From NCBI RefSeq assembly GCF_000143415.4, contig NW_003314317.1, forward strand, positions 1,235,823-1,299,822: 64,000 bases of DNA. The letters are read 5' to 3'. A model generated the notes under the pieces. It made no database searches. It had not been told where the DNA came from and saw nothing but the letters and a program-made list of their open reading frames with translations. Source of the stretch: Selaginella moellendorffii (lineage: Eukaryota; Plantae; Lycopodiophyta). A program made the translations under genes and the position numbers. Below, in pieces: positions 1-10,233 of this stretch (its first letter is position 1; each line of letters starts with the position of its first letter).

Positions 1-38
1 CCATGGATCTTGATTGATCGACAAATCCTTGGATCACG

Positions 39-275
39 GATGTGCAGCAATTGGTGCTGCTGCACGAAGGTAAGCTTATGTTTTCCTATCGATTAAATGC
101 TGGTTTGCCAACTCCTTTGATCCTGTGCTAGTGGCCACGACGGAGTTTTCTGCGAATGCGATGGGAACTGCAAGTGTGAGACATGCACCTGTGGCCTCAG
201 GCGAGCCCTTCTGCAAGTGCGGCCGGACGTGCAGCTGCGAGACTTTGCTTTTGCCCCAAGCCAGTGCAAGGTTGA
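39..275 (+). pseudogene. Metallothionein-like (type 4/Ec-like) gene relic, 5' part uncertain
   Basis: GT-AG intron at 70-131. Exon 2 encodes FCECDGNCKCETCTCG, then in shifted frames GEPFCKCGRTCSCET and CFCPKPVQG* (TGA 273-275). The Cys spacing (CxCxxxCxCxxCxC, twice) is typical of plant metallothioneins, but two frameshifts are needed. Confidence 0.6.
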
Positions 276-700
276 TGGACTCAACAGGGATTTTTTTTGC
301 AATTTTTTGCCGAACAATATTTTGCAAGTTTTGCTTTGAGAAATAAATCCCTGACCATAGTTTTATAATTTCAATGCTTTAGATCCTCGATCTTTTGATG
401 AAGAACTGGAACAACGCTCGCTTGTTGTCATCCAGCTTTCTATACTTCTAAAATCTCTTCCAACGAGGAGATCTTCCATTACCATCATCACGTCCGAAAA
501 TCAAAACTCTGTCCGAAAAAGAGAGACATTTTCTCTTCTCTATGGCCTGTGACTATTGGCAAAGAAACGGCAAAGAAGCTGGTCCAGAGTGCTCACCAAG
601 AGGAAGCCATGTTTTCTTGTGAGGCTAAGCGTTTTTTAAAAATCACTCCATAGTAACATTGTGTGTACTTTTATCCTTAACATTTGGAACCAAGTTTTTT

Positions 701-1273
701 TCATTCCAGCAATCCATAAACCAACACTTTTGATTCCTCCTCCCAAGGTATTTCCACTTCTATTGTCCGTTGCCTATGTGGCCGGCCACTGGGCAGTCTA
801 TCTGGACGTTGTTTCGGGCCTGGATATGGAATTGACTCTTCCCATCCCTCCATTCCTGGAACTATCCACAACTCATTTTCCTGTCGACTATCCAAGTATT
901 GGAAGATTTCAGGCTCCATGCCTGGAAATAGCAATTTGTTAACATCTTCCCAAATGTAAGGATGCTCCTTTGGGTGTTGATCAACTCTGTAGATACTAAA
1001 TCTCACCTCCTCCACCTTGTCAAACACGCCTGCCAGCCACAAAATCCTCAAAGAGCACAACATTTGCAAGGTGTCTTCATCCATGCCAGTCTCCCAACGC
1101 TGGATTTCAAAGTTGTAGCCCCTCCAGTTCGTCTCCATGGTGATGGCAAGGGCGCGTTCGTTTTTGTGGTAGTGTATCCGTCCCCACAGTGCCACAAACT
1201 TTTCAACTATCAAATCTTGAGCTTCAGCCGGGAGGCTTGAGAGATGCTCAATAAACGTTTTTTCGCTGTCCAT
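701..1273 (-). CDS. Hypothetical intronless 190-aa protein, no family recognised
   Basis: ATG-initiated ORF with protein-like composition; telo-box-like AAACCTA motifs lie just upstream (~1285-1297). Confidence 0.4.
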   Translation of the reverse strand: MDSEKTFIEHLSSLPAEAQDLIVEKFVALWGRIHYHKNERALAITMETNWRGYNFEIQRWETGMDEDTLQMLCSLRILWLAGVFDKVEEVRFSIYRVDQHPKEHPYIWEDVNKLLFPGMEPEIFQYLDSRQENELWIVPGMEGWEESIPYPGPKQRPDRLPSGRPHRQRTIEVEIPWEEESKVLVYGLLE

Positions 1274-1819
1274 TGAAATTAATAAAACCTAAACCTTATG
1301 AGCATTTAAATAGCGTAAAGGCTTAGCAAAAGGTGACATAACTAATATCCCTTTTTACATTGTTAAGTAAGTAATAATATACAGGAGGGTGCGATGGAAG
1401 AAGACATCGATCCCAATTTCAAAATTTGTTGCTCGGAGCCATAACGCTTCAGGAACTTCCCTCCACTGTGCAACCTCAGCATCATTGGAAAGCACCTTGG
1501 ACTTAGGAAGAGGTGACACGTACAAGTTTATGCCAAAGTAGTCACTTCAGAGCCAAGTTAAAACCTCCTGAGCTTGGGCTCCAGAAGGAACCAGACGTGG
1601 CGCGGAACGATCTGGTTGAGGATCATGATGGAGCCCACGAGAGATCCGGATGCGATACCATCGCCATCTTGCTCGGCTGCTGCTGCGAGAATGAGAGTAA
1701 CACTGCGTCGCTCTTATTCTGGTGTTGGCGTGAAGATGAAGCCACAACGAAGCTAGCTCCCGCGTATTTTCTAGTAGAGAAAATCTCGTGACTGCCAAGC
1801 TCACGACGCTCAAAGAACT

Positions 1820-2883
1820 GTGTCATCCAAGGGGTGGGAGATGGAGCTCTCGATCCCCGAGTACGTCCGCAACAACACCCAAACACGATCCACTGGCAAG
1901 CCGAATCGCAACCTCACCAGGGGCGAGCCATTAGAGGACAAGTGCAAAGGCGTCACATTCTCCTGGATCTTCAACGTCACGGAGCCCTCCAGCAGTGGAC
2001 GCTTCAGCTATTTCGATCGAAGCGGAGGAACACACCGAGAGTACGTTGTCCAACCAAGTTCACAGGAGGCACAAGTATATACTCTTGCCGGAGTACATGA
2101 GGGAAGTCATCAAGCTCGGCGAGAGTTTGAAGCGACAGAACCAAGACCGGCAGCTCTACGGGGTTATATGGACGCCACGAGCCTGGCGCTGGATCCCGAG
2201 CTCAAAAACAAGATCATCTAGGACCTGAAGTCGTTCATGGCTAGCAAGAAGTTCTTTAGCAGAGTAGGGAGAGCTTGGAAGCGCAGGTATATCTTGTATG
2301 GGCCTCCGGGGACGGGGAAGTCGTCACTCATCGCGGCCATAGCGAACTACACGCAGTACGATGTCTACGATATGAAGCTGACTGAGGTAAAGAGCAATGC
2401 CGACTTGAGGAAGCTGTTCATGGGGATTTCCAACAAGGCGATCATCGTGACCGAGGACATCGACTGCTCTCTGGAGCTCAAGAAGAGGGGGAAGCCAGCG
2501 CCACCATAGGAAGAAACCAAGAAGAAAGATAGAGAGCCCAAGAAAAAAGTTAAGAAAAGAGCAGCAGGGTCACACTGTCGGGGTTACTAAATTCCATCGA
2601 TGGGCTGTGGTCTTGTAGCGGGAGCGAGAGGATCATCATCTTCACGACGAACCACAAAGAGGATTTGGATCCCGCACTGCTGAGGTCGGGCAGGATGGAC
2701 CTCCACATTTTCATGGATTCGAGGCGTTCAAGGTGCTTGCATGTAAGGTCTCGCAGTTTGAGGAAAAGTTTGGAGAGATCGAAGAGCTGATCGTCAAGGT
2801 TGATATCACTCCTGCTGACATCACCGAGGTGTTGATCCAGCGCAGGGGGGACTCTCTAAAGAAAGTGATTGAGGCACTGTAGG
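1820..2883 (+). pseudogene. Plant BCS1-like AAA-ATPase pseudogene
   Basis: Motifs WKRRYILYGPPGTGKSS (Walker A), IIVTEDIDCS (Walker B region), VTLSGLL..DGLWSCSGSERIIIFTTNH and DPALLRSGRMDLHI (SRH). In-frame stops at 2219-2221 and 2507-2509, plus frameshifts. Confidence 0.85.
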
Positions 2884-3050
2884 ATCGAAAGGAGCAGGCT
2901 GCAAAGAAAGAGCTGCGACACAAAAGTCGCAAGCTCGCTTGTTGGAGCGCAGACCATTTTTGAGCTCGTGTCAATGAAAGTCAACCCTAACATTTCAAAG
3001 CGTTAAAAGTGCCAAAGGGGAAAAAGATTTTAGGGTTTAAAGACACCACC

Positions 3051-4331
3051 ATGGCTGTGGAGGACTACGCTGCTAGTCTCGACTCGATCCAGGCAGCTAG
3101 GAATCGCATCCAGGGCCAAATCCGCGTGACTCAGGTGATTACGTCGTCGTCGCTCGATGCGCTCGCCGGAAGGAGCTTGTTCTTCAAATGCGAGCTATTC
3201 CAACGCGGGTAAAATCCTTTCTTTCGTTTTTCCAGTGTAGAGTTCTCCTCTTCGTTCTTCCTCCAGTGGCGCATTTAAGATCAGAGGCGCCTCCAATGCG
3301 ATCTTCTCTCTCTCGGACGAGCAAGCCGAGAGAGGAGTCGTGACGCACAGCAGGTAAGAAGATCGAGCTTCCATTCCTTGTCGATGTTCTTTTAGTTTTT
3401 GTTCTTGAGTGTTTCTAGATCGTTGCAGTGGCAACCACGCGGCGGCGGTTGCTCTGGCGGCCAAGCTACGAGGAATTCCAGCGCACATCGTCGTGCCTCG
3501 AAATGCTCCAAAGTGTAAAGTCGAGAATGTGGAGCGCTATGGAGGGAAGATCTCGTGGTGCGATCCAAGCGTTGAGTCGAGAGAGGCCGTGTGTGCCTCC
3601 GTGAAGAGCAAAACCAATGCGGTTCTCGTCCATCCTTTCAACGATCCACAAGTTATCAGGTGTGAGTTTGACAATCTTCTTTCTCGCTGATGTTCTTGGA
3701 GTTTTCTTTTCCAGTGGTCAAGGCACTGTTGCTCTCGAGTTTCTTGAGCAAGTTCCGCAGCTCGATGTGATCATCGCTCCGATAAGTGGTAATGAACCTT
3801 GTTTTTTCTTCTTTGAGCCAGCTTAAATGTTCCATCTTTCGTTTGAAGGTGGTGGCTTGATATCTGGTATTTCCATCGCTGCAAAAGCGATCAAGCCCGA
3901 GATTAAAATTATCGCCGCCGAGCCAACCGGTGCTGATGATGCCGCGCGTTCCAAAGCAGCCAATTCAGTGCAGACGAACAAACAGACTTGCACCATAGCA
4001 GATGGACTGCGAGCATCGCTTGGATCTCTCACTTGGTATTTCAGTTACGTGATATCTTTCCAGGTCTAAAAATGCTTCCTTTAGGCCCATCGTTCGTGAT
4101 TTTGTGGATGAAGTCGTGACCGTCGACGACTCCGCAATCCTCGAAGCAATGAAGATGTGCTACGAGAGGCTCAAAGTTGTAGTGGAGCCGAGCGGAGCCA
4201 TCGGTCTAGCGGTGGCTTTGTCTGATAAGTTTCGCTCGAATCCGGCTGTCAAGCATTGCACCAACGTTGGGATCGTTCTTTCCGGTGGAAACTGTGATCT
4301 CACAGGACTTTGGGAGTCCCTTCCCAACTAG
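3051..4331 (+). CDS. SR: Serine racemase (PLP-dependent, fold type II), ~6 exons
   Basis: Spliced SLFFKCELFQRGGAFKIRGA (PLP-binding lysine), THSSGNHAAA, HPFNDPQVISGQGT, PISGGGL, TIADGLR and VVEPSGAIGLA; short GT-AG introns; stop TAG 4329-4331. Confidence 0.93.
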
Positions 4332-4522
4332 ACCAAGTTCTCTATTCCAATGTAAGGCTTTTCAATGTTTTGTTTTCATTCCTGACGTGTTCCTCTTTCT
4401 CTTCCACTTTAAGTATGGCGTGGAATCTTGGGCAAGGCAGAGTACAAGTCACGTATGACAACTTCGATGAATTGGTAAGCACTCAGTGGTGTTTCCTGTC
4501 TGAAACTCTTTTGCCACCTAAC

Positions 4523-6408
4523 TTAGCTTTCGTGCTGTGACTTCAGAATTTCCATCATGTCATCCACGACCTTGCGTATTTGCTCGCGCGAGTGCAGCGG
4601 AGCAGGATAAACAACATTGCAGTGAAGGCAGCCGTCCCGGATGGAATCAAACAGTGCAAGCGAGGGTCCAACTCCGTGCACGGAAGCACAGCCGACGTAG
4701 TCCTCCAGACCAAGCGTGTGTTTCGTCTCCTCCTCCGACTCGTCAGCTATGACATCCTGGAAGACAACCATGAGAGACGTCCTCAAGGTCCCGGAAGGCG
4801 TGAGGTTCGGGTGCTGCAAGGCCTGGAACATGAGATAGTTGATATCTCCCATGTCGGTGAAGTGCTTGCGGTTCTTTATGGCGTTGGAAAAAGAGTCGGA
4901 GCATCGCCTAGACAGGTCCCAGAAGCCCGTGTCTTGGTTCACGTGATGCGTGTTCAAGATGGCCGAATGGTAGAATCCTGGATGGATGGAGCAAAGCAGG
5001 CTTTTAGAAAGGAAAACGAAGTCACGGGAACAGGAAGTTTTGGTTTGACAACGTACCAGCAGTGGATCGTGAGAGCGAGTCAATGTGGTTGCGGCAGTCG
5101 ACGAGGCCGATGATCGCAAAGTGCTCGGATCTATTGCCGAGCTGCTTGTAGATTGTGGTGGCCCTGAGCCCAGCAGCGACGAGAGCTCCAAACAGGTTGG
5201 TTTTCTCGAGAACACAGCGCTACAAGCACAGAAAAACGACCCAGGAGTGAGAACAAGATGGAAAGAAGAAAGAGGCTGGGAAGAAATTATTGCCAGGACA
5301 AACGAGCTTGGAAGAAATGATAGAGCCAAAAAAAGCTTCGCAACTCAAGAGAAGAACACCCGAGCAAGCAACCAAAACTATGAAAAAAGTCAGGAGTGAA
5401 AACAAGATCGAAAAGGAAAGAAGCTCGGAAGTAACTATTGCCAGGAAGAAAACATCAACATCGTGGAGACGCGAATTATCTGAGACAAGTTTCGCAGAGG
5501 CAGCAAGAAGATCGTAGCTTCGAAGTCAAGGAAGGAATGATAGAACATGAAAGCATGGATTCAACTTCGCAACTCCAAGAGAACACCCAAGCAAAAAATA
5601 CTATGAAAACAAAGAAGATCACAGCTGGGAAGAACTCGAAAAGGATGGAAGAAGATCATACCTTTGTGAGGCTCTTGGTGTGCTCCAAGCTGAGAGAAGC
5701 TCGGACGAGCTCCGTCCTCCTGGGCGCTTCAACGTTGTCAAAAGGAAGCAGTGCATGGCGCAGTGATCCCAGCGAGTAGCCCAGCAAATCCACGCCGTGA
5801 GCCCAAAAGGGCTTGTTCGCCTGGCCCCTGGGAATCGCGTCCTCGATCGAGACAAGCTCCTCCACTCCATCGCCATCTTTTCCTTCTTGCTCGTCATCAC
5901 CCCTCAGGCGATGGAGGAATTCGGACATGATCACCGCGGCCGCGGCTCTATCGCACGCCGCGGTGTGGACTCTGATGACAAAGAGAGATTTCTCGCCCAG
6001 GCGGTGGAGGCGAGCGAAGAACACCGGCACTGGCGCGTCGCGATCCGTCCAGGGATTGGAATTCATCTCGGATTCGATCGTCTGGAGCAGCCAATCTTCG
6101 CGATCGTCGTCGCCATGCGCTAGCTCCTGGATCGCTACAGTGGCATTGGCATTCACCTGGAAGGCGGGCTTGTCGGGCTCGATCCACACCAGCTGCGAGA
6201 GGAGGCGCGGATGCCTGGCCAGGACGGCGTCGAGCGCGCATTGGAAGACGCCCACATTCACGGATCGGCAGAACAAGAGGCCGAGGACTGTGATTCCAGT
6301 GCCGCTCTCCACCGCGCGGCACCAATTGTGCTCCGTGGCGCCCAGGATTCGATTGAAAGGACCTTCCTCCAGCCGAGGCGGTCGTGAGGAGCTCTCATCG
6401 TCCGCCAT
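4523..6408 (-). CDS. Condensation-domain/CoA-dependent acyltransferase-like protein (At3g52610-like family), ~3 exons
   Basis: N-terminal RILGATEHNWCRAVESGTGITVLGLL, central VHTAACDR (HHxxxD-like) and C-terminal GLEDYVGCASVHGVGPSLALFDSIRDGCLHCNVVYPAPLHSREQ. Approximate exons 6408-5661, 5225-5056 and 4978-4523. Confidence 0.8.
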
Positions 6409-7417
6409 AGCTAAAGTCGGGAAGAGTAAACCTAAGATTATAAAGTAGAACGTGTGGTTTGCCTAAATGTTAGCTTCTTACCTTTAACATATAATAGTAA
6501 AGAAATTTGTACCAATTTAGGGCTTGTACTATCCAAACCCCAAAAACAATGGAAGGCTCAACTAGAGCAAGAAGACTAAAATATATTCCTTTTGATTTGG
6601 GTGCATAAAATTTTCACTACAAGACAAAGGGTTTTGATTTGATTTTGAGATATTTGTTTGAGAAGGAGGCGACATGGAGGGTTAAAGTGGAAAAAGTGTT
6701 TTTGGAATCCTTAAGCTAGTGGTGTGAGTGCATAAGCTTGGATTTTGATAAGGATTGGAGAGATTTTAGTGGCTCATGGTTGGTTGTGGAAACACTTGAA
6801 AGAGCTCTACAAGATGCTATTGTGATCCTAGCACAAAGAAAATGTTATTTTAATTATGTAAGTCATGTTAAGTGTTATGCTAAAATGCTGTATATATTAC
6901 CAGTATAATTTGGAAATTTTTAGCTGAATATTATCAGCTATAATCTTACATTTATTGTTTAATCAAAGATAATGTTAAAAAAAACATGCAATATCAAGAT
7001 TATCTTTGTGGATATTATTAAGACCACCCATACTATAGTCTCATTTCCTAAAGACTAGGTTATCCATCAATCAGGCCTTCAAACCCTAACTCAGTGGCAG
7101 TGTTTGTGAGCACAACCATGGATAGAAAGGGACTTAATAGGGATCAAAGAAAAGTGTTCCCCATGTCTCCAAACATTTTAAGGATGCTAAGGTGTGGTCA
7201 TGGGATGAACACTCATGGCATTACGTCCCATTGATATTTGGGACTTTCTTGACACGTGACTATAACTTTGGTCATTACACAAGAGGATTGCTCTTTTTCT
7301 TTTCTATAGTCTAAGACTTTAGAATAACATTTCAAAACACCATAGCCTAACCTAAGCTTTGTGGGTATTCTCCTCACCTTCTACCTCTAGGTGCCTAACC
7401 ATGTGGCTAAAGCAAGG

Positions 7418-7612
7418 TGTAAGCAACCAAAGGGAACGACTCGAGAGACGATCTGTTGGGGTTCAAATATAGAGGGAAAGGGCCCATGAACAAGAGTGCA
7501 CCCCCTTTTCCAAATGGTTAAGGGTCTTGGGATACTTGGGGTTAAGCGTCCTTGGGTTTGAATAGTACTGGGCTGGGTGACCTCCCGGGAAGTCCAAATT
7601 CAGGAGCTTACA
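7418..7612 (+). mobile_element. Solo LTR (195 bp) carrying a 5S rRNA-derived segment; Cassandra-like TRIM
   Basis: TGTAAGC...GCTTACA termini; perfect 5-bp TSD CAAGG (7413-7417 and 7613-7617). Segment 7541-7595 (gttaagcgtccttgggtttgaatagtactgggctgggtgacctcccgggaagtcc) aligns to the plant 5S rRNA A-box/IE/C-box region. Confidence 0.88.
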
Positions 7613-8755
7613 CAAGGTTCCAATAAGCTATGCTAGATATCTAAGTAGGTAGTGTAACCCATATTTAGATTGGGAGCATCAACTATTTGATCTCCTGAAG
7701 GAGTTAGAGTTGGCTCTTGAACACTTTACTAGATTACCCCACATTTTGTCCATATTTACTCTAGCCTTAAACTCCTTAGTAGTTATATCATCAATGTCGC
7801 GAATGTGACTTCAGATATCGAAAGTTACTTGTCGACTAGTCCTTACGGACACTGTTACCTTACTGCCACGATGGTAGGAGCTCGGTATTGCTGGGCCCGT
7901 TATCAGTCTCCATCTAAGCTAGTTGAGAAACTGGTCTTCGCGTGTGCACTTGACCAGATGGGCATAAGGACGGAATTCCTACGTGCTATTTGTCAAGCAT
8001 ACTTGACCTGGTTAGAGAAACTCATTCGTTGACTTGCACTTGCTAGTGTTGGGAACCCCCGCGATATTGAGATTGGTCCCTCAATATCACTAGATGATAG
8101 CTTACCGTGTTTGCCAAACACCCTCGCTATCATGCCCTTTGTGTTGGTCTCATTTCGGTCCTAAATGCTATTTATGGAAATTTATGGAAAGTGTCCAGAT
8201 TTGCTCATTTGGCATATCTACAGAATGTAGAGATCGTCCTGAACACAATGGTGTTCGTCCCATGTTCAAATTCGCAATCTAAGGACATTCCATATTTAGT
8301 AAGTTTCGAACTTGTCCCAAAGACTAACTCTTGATACTAAGGGAGGCTTGGGGTGAAAGCCCAAAGCGTGTGTTCCTCAAGGAGGGGGCGAGGGGGGGCT
8401 ATGGGGGGTTCCAAATGTATAGTAAGGATAGTGGGTAGGTCAGGCATGGCCGACCAACTTAAGGCATAGTCTAGCTCCCGCTTGCATGCCTGTCCTTGTT
8501 CTGCGTCCGGTTTGGGTCTAAGTGTGAGACACAAAATCCCTAGGCCCCAAAGTGGAGCCGGAAGGGCGCCACATGGTAGTGGCCGAAGCGAGAGCCAAAC
8601 GAGCGTAACACGTTTGGACCCAAAGCTCCGACTTGAAAAGTCAAGAGCGGGAGTGGAACTCCCAACGAAGTGCTCAAGGAACGAGCACGAAGCGAGCAAA
8701 AGGCGAGGCTCCAAAAAGGGACCCAAAAGGGCCAACACATAACACGTGGGAGTGT

Positions 8756-9210
8756 CCGAGATGGACTCGAGTTGGAGTCCGAAGTGGAGTCCGAGATGGA
8801 CCCGAGTTGGAGTCCGAAGTGGAGTCTGAGATGGACCCGAGTTGGAGTCCGAAGTGGAGTCCAAGATGGACCCGAGATGGAGTCCGAGATGGAGTCCGAG
8901 ATGGAGTCCGAGGTGGACCCGAGATGGACCCGAAATGGAGTCCGAGATGGAGTCCGAGATGGACCCGAGATGGAGTCCGAGATGGAGTCCGAGATGGACC
9001 CGAGATGGACCCGAGATGGAGTCCGAGATGGAGTCCGAGATGGAGTCTGAAGTCGAGACCGAGACCGGGACCGAGACCGAGACCGAGATCGGGACCGAGA
9101 CCGAGATCGAGGCCAAGGCCGAGACCGAGCCCGAGCCCGAGCCCGAGCCCGAGTCCGAGTCCGAGTCCGAGTCCGAGTCCGAGTCCGAGTCCGAGTCCGA
9201 GTCCGAGTCT
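8756..9210. repeat. Hierarchical CG-rich tandem array inside the B 5' LTR
   Basis: 35-bp unit x3, then mixed 11/12-mers (CCGAGATGGAC / CCGAGATGGAGT), then hexamer runs CCGAGA, CCGAGC, CCGAGT. Confidence 0.95.
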
Positions 9211-10221
9211 GGAGCCTGAGAGGGTGAAAGCCCAAAGCGTTCGTCTCCCAGACCCTGGGGGGTTTGGTGAGCTCCAAAAGTATAGTGGGGGGAGGACTGC
9301 AGTGGAGCCAGTTTGGCCAGGAAAGGCCAGTTTGGCCCAGGAAAGGCCAGTTTGGCCCAGGAAGGCCGGACCCAGTGTTGGGTGATGAGCTGCCCACTGG
9401 GAAGTCCAAGACTAGAGTGAACACAGACCTGGTGAAGTGTTCAAGAGCCGGCTCTAGTTCCCCCGGGAGATCGACTGGCCGATGCTCCCAGTCCAAGTGT
9501 GGGTGGCACTACCTACTTGGATACCTGGTGTGGCTCAACGGAACCTGCTCTAAGCCCATGGCTAGAGCACCCAAGGGCAGAAGGCGAGGAGAGTACCCAG
9601 GTGGCTCGCGTAAGGCCACGGTGTTCCGAAATGTTGTCCCAAAGGCCCAGACTGTGGAAAGGAAGAGGAGCAGTCCTTTGGGGTAGTGACCAAGGACACA
9701 GTCGTGTGGTGAGGAAGTCCCAGAGGACCGTGGGACTTAGTGGTCGGGCCTATGGGTCTCGATCCAGTGGCAGTGTTGGCAAACACGGCCAAGGGCAGAA
9801 AGGGACTTAGTGGGGACTGACAGAGGGATATTGGGGAAGGCTATTCCCCTTGTCGGTGGGCATCCTAAGGATGCTAAGGAGTGGATCTGAGATGACCACT
9901 CACGGATGGTTTGCCTAGTCTTGGAGAGCCAAGACGGTGATGCAAGTGGTATTGGACTACCAGTGTGGCAAAGGTGATTGGGCATGGCCTTAGCGTAACG
10001 GGCTGCTATGTCGGTGGTACCTTTGAGTGTCGGTCATGGGATCGGACACGTGGAGCACTTGGACCAAGTGCAAATGTTGAGTGGCATGGATGGCATTCTC
10101 GGGGCTAGCAAGTCCCAAGTCCTGGATTGGACTTATGGAGGTTGTGAATAAGACTCCTTCAAGTGGTCAGAGGTGTGGTTAAGTGACTAAAGTAGAATGG
10201 AAAATTTAGTCGCTTACAACT

Positions 10222-10233
10222 TGGTATCGGAGC
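10222..10233 (+). promoter_or_regulatory. Primer-binding site of element B (tRNA-iMet type)
   Basis: TGGTATCGGAGC 3 nt after the LTR end; one mismatch to the canonical TGGTATCAGAGC. Confidence 0.85.

Noticed and set aside
7541-7595. Functional 5S rRNA gene
   Set aside because: Only ~55 nt of the internal control region is present, embedded in a TSD-flanked LTR; the 5' part and terminator of a 5S gene are missing.
8756-9050. Repeat array superficially like a CRISPR array
   Set aside because: Units are contiguous with no unique spacers, there are no cas genes, and the context is a eukaryotic LTR.
9380-9409. gggtga...gggaagtccaa in the B LTR resembling the 5S C-box region
   Set aside because: Short gapped match with no A-box, and not conserved in the older B copies; likely chance.
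8337-9496. Long ORFs with RS/ES/PS/TR dipeptide runs resembling SR or extensin proteins (also 14290-15149)
   Set aside because: They are translations of the stop-free LTR tandem array, open in most frames on both strands.
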